From contig JAYWIR010000026.1 of assembly GCA_036172245.1 (NCBI GenBank), positions 1,488,001 to 1,552,000 on the forward strand: a DNA stretch of 64,000 bases. The letters are read 5' to 3'. Numbering within the stretch: position 1 is the stretch's first letter; each line of letters opens with the position of its first letter. A program made the translations under genes and the position numbers. The stretch comes from Raillietiella orientalis (taxonomy: Eukaryota). Below, in pieces: positions 50,178 through 61,100 of the stretch. A model generated the notes under the pieces. The model saw only the letters and a program-made list of their open reading frames with translations. It made no database searches and had not been told where the DNA came from.

Positions 50178-52450
50178 GGGCAGGGGAAGACGAAATGAGA
50201 CGAAAAAAAAGAAGAAAAATGAAACAAAAAAACGTACAGTCAAAAATATAGGGGACTTTGGGAAGGGATCACTGTGTGCTGGAGGGCATTCTCTACATCC
50301 TTGTAAGGAAGCCGGCAAGTTCCTGCTTCAAGACTCCCAGATGGATCTATTTTGACTCTGTCCTCATGGAGAGAGCAGCAAAATAGATGGCATCGCTATC
50401 GTTATGGAGGCACTGGTGGAAGCCGGATGTCCCCTGTTGACTAGCTGGGATTCCAAGTTGATCCTCCGGCGTCCTTCCAGGAATCAACAAGGGCTTCAGG
50501 GCTCCCCTTTGGTCTTGAAAATGGAGCCCCTCCCTTCCCCCCTCAGAAGGACCCTCTACTGCTTATTCTGAGGCTAGTTGGCACCTCTCTCGTGGGGATG
50601 CTTCTCCAGAGCGTAAGAAGCGCGCTGCTCCCTTCGGGATCCTCTTCAGAGGAGGGAAGAGGGAACGGTTCCCTCTCGGGTTCCCTCCGGAGAAGAATTT
50701 ACATGAACGGATCCTTTCCGGGTTATCTTAGGAAGGAGAAGAGGGAGGGAAAACGAGGAAAATGGAAGGAGGTGAAACGAGGAGCGGCCTCCACTAATCG
50801 GGAGGTTCCTCCGGAGAGGACGAACAAGGAGGTTCCTTCCAGGGTCCCCTTTGGAGACAACCAGGGCGAGGGATCCCATCGGAGTTCCTCTCCCAAACGT
50901 GGGAGGAACGAATCTTTCCCTCCGGAGCCTTCCTGGATCCATAAGGTGATCCCCACTTGGGTTAACCCCTACAACTTGAAGAGTGGACGCACCATCGGGC
51001 GGCGTGGGCAGCGGTCAAGAAGTGCTTCGTGACCCTCTCCCCCTTCCGTCGAGGCGAGCAATTCTTCAGCACTTGGCAAACCAAAAAAAAAGCTGGAAGG
51101 AAAGCAAGGAGAGCGGAAGAACCCGGAAGGATCTTCAGAATCCAACAACCAAACAGCTCCGCTTGGAACACTCTTGGTTTCTTGTCTTCGGCATGAGCTG
51201 CAGTCGCTTCAGCCATGCACGAGCCAACAACGCGTACCGACATGAACCCGAGCTGCGTTCTGCAAGCTGCGTCCCAAATTCCTTCTTCTTCAGACTTACC
51301 GGGGGTGAACTTGGGAGGTGTTTGGGGGTGATCCCCAGAATTCAGTTGTCCGTTCTTTTAACTGGAGGAGCAGTTTGGCATTCCCGACTACCTAGTGGGA
51401 GCTACCGACTCAGACTGATGACCCAAACGGTGTCGTACCGAAGAGGTCTTGTCTGCACGGCATTCTGGAAAGCACCATCCTGAGCTTCTCGAAGTCTGCA
51501 TGAGTGTCAAGGATCCCGGGTTCCCGTAGGGATTTCGACCGCGGCTCATCCATGCGGAAGACTTCCTTACTTGTTCCTCCTGCGCTCGAGGGAGACGGAA
51601 CTTTTTCTGATACCGCAGTCCCTAGGAGACCACTTCTGACCCTTGGACCGATGCCTGTGTCTCCTCTAGGGGAGAAGTAGAAAGCAGTCACGTAGGGACG
51701 TTTGTTTTCCCTCCTGGACATGCTTCCAGAGAGCTGCCCCTCCCCTTTATTCGAAAAGGATATAAAGCTTCGATGGATGCTGGTGACTTCGTTCTTCATT
51801 CTTCTGGAATACCAGGCATCGCGGAATTTTCTGGTCCACTCCCGCAGTCGGCCGATTACAGGCTTCCGTTCTCTCTTGAGCCGTCTCGTCCACCCCTCCC
51901 CAAAGTGGTACTTCCCGAATAACTCATACTTGGGATCTTGGCAGAGATGAGTTCATCCCTGGTGCAATGTGGGTCATGCCTCACTCTGACACGGAATGGA
52001 CATCTTCACCGACCTTCCTGGAAGCCAGCTAGGTGCAGGATGCTCCTCAAAGTCTTCTACTGGTTTACTGTCTTCGAAATCCTGGACCTCGCAAGGAGAG
52101 GTCGCGCAAGCCGTGGGCAATCGGTGCCTCCTTCAGCCTGGTTCCCCAGGAGGATTCCATGGCTGTGATTCTGGGTCTGGGAAAGTAGCATCCTTGGCTT
52201 TGGTGTGCAGGCTCCAGTGACCGACAGTATGGTGGGTAAACATCACGCCTTCCTCTGGGATGAGGCAAAATGCTTCTGGACAATTCCTGCTTGGGAACTG
52301 CCCACACGAAAGATGCGATCGAGCTGACCGAGGCTGGGAGTGAGTCAGGCAAAATACGCTGCGGGAAAAAAGATGCCCAGACAACTGGAAGGCAGGATGA
52401 GTGGGAGGAGTGATGCAGCGTGTTTGGCAGCTTCCCAAGGCATTTCTTCC
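50178..52450 (-). mobile_element. L1/Tx1-clade LINE, RT to 3' end (copy B, same family as copy A), decayed
   Basis: 50265-50322 aligns ungapped to 10181-10238 at 43/58 nt, with an equivalent stop (50269-50271) and T-rich UTR. Upstream: PYCRSLEP, KYELFGKYHFGEGW..RLK..V..RLREW, SPRGDTGIG (GGLG-like). Confidence 0.6.
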
Positions 52451-52619
52451 GAATTCGGATCTTTGGATGCGTTCCTTACACTATTTCAGTGGCTTCTCGG
52501 AGTGAGTATTGCTCCAGTAAGGCCTTGCTTTGGTCTCTGAAGCACCTCTTTTGAATCAGTTTTTTGAATCTATTTATTTTTATTTCATTTATTTATTTAG
52601 TCAGGTTTTTTTCCTGACT

Positions 52620-53260
52620 GCATTGAGCATGATCTGGTCTCTGTGCCGTAAGGAGGATAAATCTCCTTTTGTAGGCCTTCTTCAATTCTCCTCATGGGCG
52701 AGGTCAGAGGGGACGTCTCGAGGAGTTCAAGCACACCCAGATGCCGCTTGGTATCACTGAAAAATGCTTAGAAAGAAACCTCCACCGTTTCGTGTCCGCC
52801 TTTCCAGGCTTAAGATTGCCTGTTGGGAAAATACGCAGGAAGGATTAACCATCTCACACAGCATCATCATTTCAAAGCAGTTTCAGCTTTTTGAATTCTC
52901 AAAAATAGGGAACAATAACGCGGTGGTGAAAAGAGATCAGAGAACCAAGAAACACAGGAGGCTGTGGATCAATCAAACACCCCAGAAATCAAGAGGATGC
53001 GAGCCAACGGACGCTGCCGGGAGTCACTTCGAGGGCTCTTCAGGCATCTGGAATACCATAAAATCTCGCGGACGGACGCTCAGGATCCGCACTATTCGGA
53101 AAGAGCGAGAGAAAAACGGAAAGCAGGGAAGTCATTTGGGATTTCAGGTGCAGCTGCTGTTTTTGTTGAGAGGGGGTCGAGAGGAGAGAAAACGGCAGGG
53201 GATTTCGGTCTCCTCGTTCAACAAGGGAAAGACCGTCCCCTGAAAGAGAGGGGGCTCCTC
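52620..53260 (-). mobile_element. Penelope-like RT remnant
   Basis: GDGLSLVERGD, ARFYGIP (cf. fYGlPK.HK), QRPLA (lRPi), FLVL*SLFTT (cf. lvSfDv.SLFT), in order. A-rich minus-strand tract at about 52570-52600. Confidence 0.45.
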
Positions 53261-53576
53261 CCGGAACGAAACGGAGATGGCGGCAGACTGTTCGACGGGG
53301 AGAGCTTTGGGCGGCGTCGCACGTCACTCGCGATCTCGAGGGGGCCGTTCCCGAATCTTTGCCTGCTCCATCCCGGCTTGCAGGCAAGCATGCTCAAGCC
53401 GTGCGACGGACCACATCCGTGGTTGTTTCGTCTCTCGCCAGCCGAACAGCTCCTTCCTCCTCTACATCATCTCCGGGTGTTCTCGGCGAGGGAGGATCCT
53501 CATCTTCCGGGAGAGCTGAGGGAGGGCGCCCCCGTCTCTGCCCAAAATTTCCTGTGCGAAATCCTTGCAGATGAGT

Positions 53577-53650
53577 GCGTCGGTGGCCGTGTGGCTGCGG
53601 TCTCCACGCGCGGCACCTCAGCGCTGCGGGTTCGAATCCCTCCCGGGGAA
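53577..53650 (+). other. tRNA-like Pol III head (SINE head or tRNA pseudogene)
   Basis: A-box-like TGGCCGTGTGG (53584-53594) and B-box GGTTCGAATCC (53629-53639) at tRNA spacing. Cloverleaf stems are poor. Confidence 0.45.
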
Positions 53651-56600
53651 GCACCAGCTCCTCGAAATGGGTGTCGAGTTTCCCCCCTCTTTCCTCCCAG
53701 AATGATGCAGGAAACGCTGCGCCGAGGACGAATTGACACGTTTCCCACGCGAATCCCTCCCGAAGAAACGGGGACACTCCTGAGGATGTGGAATCGCCCT
53801 CGGCTTCAAAGGGCTCTTTGAGCTAGAGTCCGGAGGTCATCGCCGAAGGATGGAGCACCCACTTTCTTTCATCCTCCGGATGCAAGCGGAATCCCAGGTT
53901 CTCGACTGTATCACGGACTTTAGTTCCAGAAGAGCAGCTTGGACTCGGTCGTCGGAACTTCCTCCCTGCTCTTAAAGACTCGATGGCAAGGATGAATCGG
54001 AGCTTGCGCGCTCCTGGGTCTTCTTGCAGCGTTCTCCGGTTCCCTACTCGCGACCAGCATGGCATTGTCTTCTCCTGAGTCCGCGATGTTTACTGACGGC
54101 GTCTCCGCTATTTTTAATAGAACAGGGAGGAAGATGTTTCTCGAGAGTACAGCGGGATGATTTTTCCTTGATTGTTTGAGCGGCTCCGTCCTTGGTCGGA
54201 GTGGAGTGGCGCGCTCGTTCCTGCCGGACTTGTGTCCGCCGTTTTGCGGTCGACGGAGAGCCTCTTTCGCCTATTGGACTTTCGATTCTTCTTCTTGTAC
54301 CTTTTTGCACCACATCCTCAGGATCCGCACTCGGTTGCTGCTCCGTCAGCCGCCCTGTGTTCGCTTTCTGGTAGAACAGCGCGCCGCAACGTCGACTCAA
54401 ATCAGACCATCAGACGTCGCTGCTGCTGGCGCTCCCTGCAATGTCATGGGCAGGATGCACGTTCCTTGGAGGTAAACACACCGGTACGTTGCCAGCGGCC
54501 GGTCCGTGGTGCGATCTGGAAAGCGAGGCGAGTCCCGGATGTCAGGAACGCCAACCTGAGAGCAAAGGGAATTCGGTACCCCCGAGCGTAGGAGCTGCCT
54601 CCAGCAATCTTCGGCATCCGCGCCGCATCGCGCAGCTGCCCTCGCCTCCGACCGCCCCTAGAAGGACCGGGAACGGAGCTCTCTTCCTTCCCGGTGCCCA
54701 AGTCGGAACGTAGGCGCCCGCCGGAGGATTTCAGATCCCTTTCTGCGGAGGGTCTCGGCGGCGAGAACCCTCTCGTTCTCACGGTCGCTCTCATGCAAAT
54801 GGTGTCCCGGACACGACGGGAGCGAGAGGAAATTTATCTTCCAGCGCGGAATCATCTCCCGAGACAGTCGAATTTCCGTGTTGCAAGGAAGGCGCTGTTT
54901 GGACCGCTGAGAGGCCCACTGGTGTCGGCCCGGCCCTTCTTGGCTGTTACTCACTGTCGGCGCGTATCCCCGTGGAAACCAGCGGACAATAACTCTTCCT
55001 CGCATTCATGCTCTATGAATGCCGTGGTTCCCTTGACGAGGAGGCAAAAACACACACACATACACACGCGCGCGCTCACGCATGCACACCACCACCACAC
55101 CACGAGGGTGAGCGGGGAAAAATAAAATGAAAGGGTTGCCTGCTCACCTCGCACCGCGACAGCTTTCTTAGAATTCCTCGGGTTTCTTCGGCTTGATTAA
55201 CAGCTGCGTTGTTTCGACTTTCTCGGACTCCAACGAATTTCTTATTCAGCCGAAAGAGCTCTCTCTCATCCGGTGGTGGGATGAATTCCTTATTAAGCCA
55301 AGCAAATTCAAGGTCGCGTTGTTGCATCCTTTGTTTAGCAGGTTGTGTGGCAAGAACCCGCAAGCTCCGGCTGGATGAGGTGACCTGTGGGGCGCGGCAG
55401 AAAGTTCATTTCATCGGATGAAAGGAGATTCCCTCCAAGAAAAGGGGGGGGGAGGGAAGAGAAGGGAGGGGGGATTTTTACTCGGGATTGCTCGCGCGGG
55501 AACGCGCAGCTAGCCTCCTTCGGAATGTCGTCATGACTTCGTTGATGACCGTACGGGATGAAGGCCTCACCGGGAACCGGTCTCGGTCCCTTCGTGGAGC
55601 ACCAGGTTCGTGAGGCGCCGGGTCTCTAAAAGAGAGGGTTGGACACCGAAAGGGGCTCGTGCAAGAAGCGTGCGCAAGCAGGTAGGCAAGGAGCTCTTCC
55701 GAGAATCGGGAGAGATGCAACAGCAAGCCGGAGAGCAACGTCTGGACCACCAGAGGACAGGAGGGAGCGACAGCAGCCTCATCTTTGGGGTTCGGTCCGG
55801 CAGTCGCCGTTTCCGCTCTCACTTCTGCCATGGGGACAACGAGGCGCCACCTGCTTCCAAGAGTGCGAAGCGAGCAAGCGGTTCCTGGATTCTCAGTCTT
55901 GCATGCCACGGGGAGGAGAAAAAACTACACCCGGGATAGCGGCAGGAAAGCACGAACGGGGATAGGAAAGCAAAAGGGCATTCCTGCACGAGACTGGGAG
56001 AAGAACTGGAACGGCGCAAGGAGCACAAGGGGAGAACCTCCTCCCGGTGCCGCTCTCTGTCGGCCCAATCTGAGAAGATGCAAGCACAGACGTTTCGTAA
56101 CTGAGAGAATGAGCATCTTCTTCTTCTTCTTCCACATTCGGAAATCTATGAGAAGTCGACGGAGTAGTCCTTGCGGGATAACCACAGCGACGGATCTACC
56201 CGCGCGGGAAAACGATGTTTTCGCTCATTTTACATCTGGAAAGATGGATCTGCGCACCGACAAGCTCTCCTTCTCCGTTAAGGAAAAGAAGACAGGAAAC
56301 CAATGCCGAGGAAGCCGGTAGAAGCTGGTGGACATTCTCCAGGAGCTCCGGAGGCGTATCCAGGAAACGATCGGTGCTTCGGCCCGAAGCAACCCAATGA
56401 GCATCGAACCCGAGGCAAACCCGGAGGAAGATCCGATTCGATAACCCAGGCATACCTGGGATACCGTCCCTATGATGGAAAATGCACCCTCGAGGAGGAA
56501 CCTCTAAATGGACCCAGCATCAGTTTTGTTCTGCTTGCAAAGTGTCCTCTCCGTGTTCCCCATTTCCACCACCGCCGCTCTGCACCACGGGATGCAAAGG

Positions 56601-56699
56601 CTGGTGGTGAAAACCGTGCTCATCCCTTAGACACGAAACAGGACACAAAAAAGACAGAAGTGACAATTCAGTTACGGAGTTCCGGTCTTGTGATGGGTG

Positions 56700-57520
56700 C
56701 CAGCTCTATGTCTTGATTGCTCTTCCCAGGAAATCCAGATTAGGAAGCTTGGGAAGACTGGATGCCTATTGGATGGCTCTCGTGAAAACCAGGAGATCGG
56801 CTGCAGATATTGCTCCCATCCAAAGACGCTGGCGAGGCACGCGCCACCATCCGAGTCTTATCTGCCTCAATAAAGAACTTAAAAGCGCCTCCGTGGGCAG
56901 AAGGGGGCCGCGACGTAGAGTTCGTGGTTGAACCTCCCGTGGAGCACAACCTGCCATTACGTGATCACCGACCAATGATGATTTCTTCACGGTCCTCTGA
57001 GGGTCCCGCACATTTTCCTCTTTTCCCTCAAATTCCAGTGATAACCAGGAAGATGCAGCTCTTCAGCACGCAAGCTTTCCGGGACTGATCTCTTGTCTTC
57101 CACTTCATCTTCCTCATAGATGCGCTCAAAGAGAAAGCAGTGCCCCAGGTGTCATTGGCACGGCGGCTCTTTGATCGCTGATGAGTGAGCATCCGTCAGC
57201 TTTCTTCTTCCGACGGTAATTTGAAGAGTTCGATGGTGCGGATCGGCATCCATTGCGAGATGCAAAGGCGGGAGATCCATCGGAATGTTTGTGGCGTCTT
57301 CCATCTGTCAGACAGGACCAGACACGCTCATCTAGCGCGGTCCAACACCTCAGAATTTCCTTCTCTTTCTGCCTTCTGGAATCGAACGTTCAAAGATCAC
57401 TTCGGTAGAGGAGAGGAAAGTGGACACTCACGGCGTGAATTCTCCCAGTGGATGACGCGGAGCGTAGCAACGGCCCCTCGTCAGATCATCTTGACCGGAT
57501 GAAATCCGAAATCTGGGAAG
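56700..57520 (+). mobile_element. Polinton-type integrase remnant (INT-4)
   Basis: LGRLDAYWMALV (g.d..W.aDLv), LICLNKELKSA, GGRDV, QLFSTQ, ALKEK, KDHFGRGEESGHSRREF (K..F.KG...ws.E.F), in order. Confidence 0.4.
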
Positions 57521-58289
57521 CACCCAAGGGCAGAACCTGAGATCAGCCTCCTTGGCTCCCGAGCCTTGTGAGGGACTTGGAACGCGCCTCCCACAGCCTT
57601 ACGGACTCAGAAGGTGATCCACATCCTCTCTGCGATCAGAACCACCTACAGCTGCTGAGCGCTCCGAGGAGAAGGAAGCATCCGTCGTTCCGAGAGCGTT
57701 CTCCTTTCCTCACGTGACAGGAGCCACCGCACTAGTCTTGTAGAGCCGTTCACGATCCGCTCTTCAGCATTCGAACTTCATGTCCTACCTTTAGAAGTGG
57801 TGATGCAGAATACGGCAAAGAGGTCGACCCTGGATCCCATACCCCTTGTCTCAGCGCAGTCTGCCCTCATGGCAAGCGACGACAGCTGCCAACTGACCTG
57901 GTGACAGTTTTCGTCCTGCGCCATTGCAGGAAAAACCAAAGAAAAGACCTTTGGCGGTTGGAAGACGCGCGAGCTGGTGGATGCTGCCACTCCGCGTACC
58001 CTGGCCATGAGACTCTTCCGGTAGAGTCAACTCATGAGCGTTGCCCCCCGAAGAACCCGCGGTACCTCCCTGATGTCTGGACGCTTCTGCGTTGCCGACC
58101 TCCTGGAAGCAGGCTGTGCTGGTCTTGCTCCACTGGGGATTTTAGCGCACCCTCGTTTCCGCAAGGGTTGCATCCCCGAGCTGCTGTTCCTGGTGCAGGT
58201 CGGTGGAATCACCGCCGAACCTGCCTTTGGACTACGGTGTCCTTCGGTAACGGTTGCAGGGGATCGGGTCAGCACGCCTGCACCAGAGA

Positions 58290-58545
58290 ACACCCAGCTC
58301 ACGACCTGCTGCGACGGCTCTTCGCGGCGGGAGCACCTTCGAGGACTTTCATCGTCACGTGATGGAGACGACGGCGCAGCGAAGGGAGGTAGCCGGGAAG
58401 GCAGCCATCCTCATGTGGGCGGCTGCCAGGTGGCCTCACCTGCAAGAGAAAGTGAAGGAGGAGATCGACGGCACCTGGCGCTGGTTCTGGAGTGAAGGAA
58501 CGGCGGACACCGATTACCCTTATCTCCAGCCTCCCTTGAGACATC
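58290..58545 (+). pseudogene. Cytochrome P450 fragment (I-J helix region)
   Basis: DLLRRLFAAG, then after a frameshift METTAQ...AILMWAAARWPHLQEKVKEEIDG...DTDYPYLQ (cf. lF.AG.eTT...P..Q.k..eEid......lpYl). ExxR and the heme motif are absent. Confidence 0.55.
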
Positions 58546-59169
58546 TTTTTTTGATCTATTTGTTGTCCCTTCCCTCCCGCTTCGAATTTTTCAGCAACCG
58601 ATCTGTGTGCTGATGAATTCTCCCCACGAACTTTTTGTTTCCCTTCAGGAACTGTGCTCCCGGTATGCTTTCCAATAAACGTCCCGGAGTGGCCTTCTTT
58701 TTTTCATCTTCCACTCCCGTTCTCTCCATACCTTTCCCGGTTTTTGTATATTCATCCCGGTGTCTACGGATCGAAACCGAAGACCCTTGTCCCATCCTCC
58801 AGGATTTCCTCATTTTTTTTTTTGTCATCTTCCTCCCCCTCCTTCCCGCTCCGGAGTTTCGGATGTCCCGATCTGCGTGCCAGTCGATCCTCCCCTTGAA
58901 GTTCTTTTGTCTTCGGGCGAGAATCAGCGCGCTCTCGACTGGTTCATGTTTTTTTACGAAATGAACCCCCCCCGGGCGTGACCGGGTGGAAGACTTCCTG
59001 TGCTTGTTGCCAGCTCACCTGCAATGCACCTGCTTCCTCGAAGAGTTCGCCCTGGATGCCTTCATCCGGCATCTCTCCTCCAGCTTCTCTGACTTCCGCT
59101 GCGCTGGATGCGGCTCGTGCGTGTTCCTCCTCCGCAGTGCGGATCCGCGTAGTTCCGCATTTGGAGTCC

Positions 59170-61100
59170 TCGTGATGCACGTGGCTTCTGGTGCCTCTCC
59201 TCTGAAAACTCTTTTGAAAACACGCGGTCCAGACAGTTTCTCCAGCGCTGTCGAAATTTGCCCGGGGCCAGGAACATTTTAGCGTGTGGCACAATGATCT
59301 TTGGCATCACTGGAAAATAATTCCCGAGGGATTTCCTCTTCGTCTCGCTTCCGACCCCTCCTCGAACCGTCGTAAACAGCATCGCCTTTGCGCCGGTTCA
59401 GTTTGAAGATGCAGCAGGCAGCATCCGGATCAGGCAGGCTCGTCCGTAGGACGCACACGGTTACTCTCCGGGTCTTTCATCTTCCAGCCTGCCAAAAAGC
59501 TTTCGAAGAAGGTCTGAGACCCACTCGCCGTGGAGCCTGGAGTGACCAGGGAGAGGAGAGCTACTCTCATTTGTGACCTGAATGCTCCAGAGCGCGCAGC
59601 TTGCTGGAAGCCACCGGATGGATGGTGCAAACTGCACAGAGTCGCTCGATGCACAGTGTAAGAACCAGTGGTGGGCGAATTGCGGCAGCCCACGGAACAC
59701 GTGCGAACGGAAGAGTCTGTGTGTGTGACCTGCGAGACTTTTGGGAATTGGAATTGACCCCTGGCTGTGAGACACTCAGATTTTCCAGTGCATCACTGTG
59801 CAAATCCAAAAAGTAAACAATCAAAAATTAGTTGCCAGTAACTTCCGGTGATTGACGGGGTGTGCGGTTGCACTGAATGTTGTCTTCTGGGGGCTCTATA
59901 AGCATAAAAGCATGAACAAGAAATGCACAGAAATCCGTGTACTCTGGTGAGTTGGTGCGTTTTGGTGTCGTTTCGGGGTTCCTAATGCCACGCTTGTGAA
60001 TCCGTGCAGCTGGCGCCTAATTTGCCATGGCAACTCTGTTGCCAGCGACTTCAAAGTGTGACGTCGAGGGGCATTTCACGGCGAGGCGCGAGGATTCCAT
60101 TTCGAGCTCTGATCTCCCTCAATGACTGTTCTGTTTCAAAATTGTTGCATAGCGAAGGAAGGTCATTTCTTTTATTTATTTCCCTCTGAGCCCACCGCCA
60201 TCACTGACAGCTCCAGCAGGATGACCTGGCAGTTGAAATCCAAGATGGCTCCATTTCTTGGTCCAGTGTAGTGTCCGGTGGGTTTCAGAACTGGACGGCG
60301 GAAATGTCCAAGATGGGGCTTGCAGCTCATGCGATGGGGAGACCTAACTTCACATGCCCATCCACAAGCGGAGAGAGGTGCGGCAGGTGGGTGAGTGTGT
60401 CTGCAAGGCAAGACCCAAGACGGGCTCTTCGGAGGAAAAGGGATCGCTCGGGTGTCGCGCAGCACCGCGGCCTGGGAGACCCTCGCATTCTTCATCACGA
60501 GCATCGTGACGAGAAGATGGGAAGCTCTGCCAAAATAAGGATGCGGCAGCCTCTGGAAGCCTCAAAGAACTGCTGAAGAAAGCCCCGCGGCTGCAGGAGT
60601 GTACCCGCCCGGACACTCGAGCGCATCCTGCGGGAAGTTTCAGGTGGCGCGCGCCGCGTGCAAAGCGACCCCAACACCCCCTGCACGAGGCGATACTGCA
60701 GCGGTGAATGCATGGACTGTGATGCGGATTGCGAGACCTCTGTGCGACACTGAGCAGGCCCTGTGTTTTTCCTTTTGCACGTGGTTTTTGGGAACCTTGC
60801 CTTGCTGGAGATCAGCTCTTCTCACCGCTAATCGCACCCGGAAGAAAGAACCTGACTGCTGCACTGGCGAAGTTCGAGAGGGCGCTCATATAAGCGGGGG
60901 GAAGGGATCGAAAGACCGGCTCTTCCAGAGAATCCGGAACTCGGGACTCCGGCATTCGTTGTGCGCAAAGTCGCGACCCGCAGTGCACTTCTTGAAACTC
61001 ACCGCGGCCGCCGCGCATTCCCGGAACGAGCACGCGGCTGGTTGCGACAAGAAGTATTTGCCCACGCTGTGGTATAAGCAGGTCGTCGTCGTGCAGGGTT
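59170..61100 (-). pseudogene. Degenerate C2H2 zinc-finger array-like region
   Basis: Scattered finger/linker-like pieces in different frames: PAACSFRECAAA, HVQKEKHRACSVSHRG, RSHTQTLPFA, HSRLHGE...RKLF, CFQKSFQRRG..SH. Confidence 0.3.

Noticed and set aside
55147..55909. Possible minus-strand exon (cag/gtgag ends) and F-box-like LSRFSEELLAYLL
   Set aside because: No recognisable protein or neighbouring exons; could be chance.
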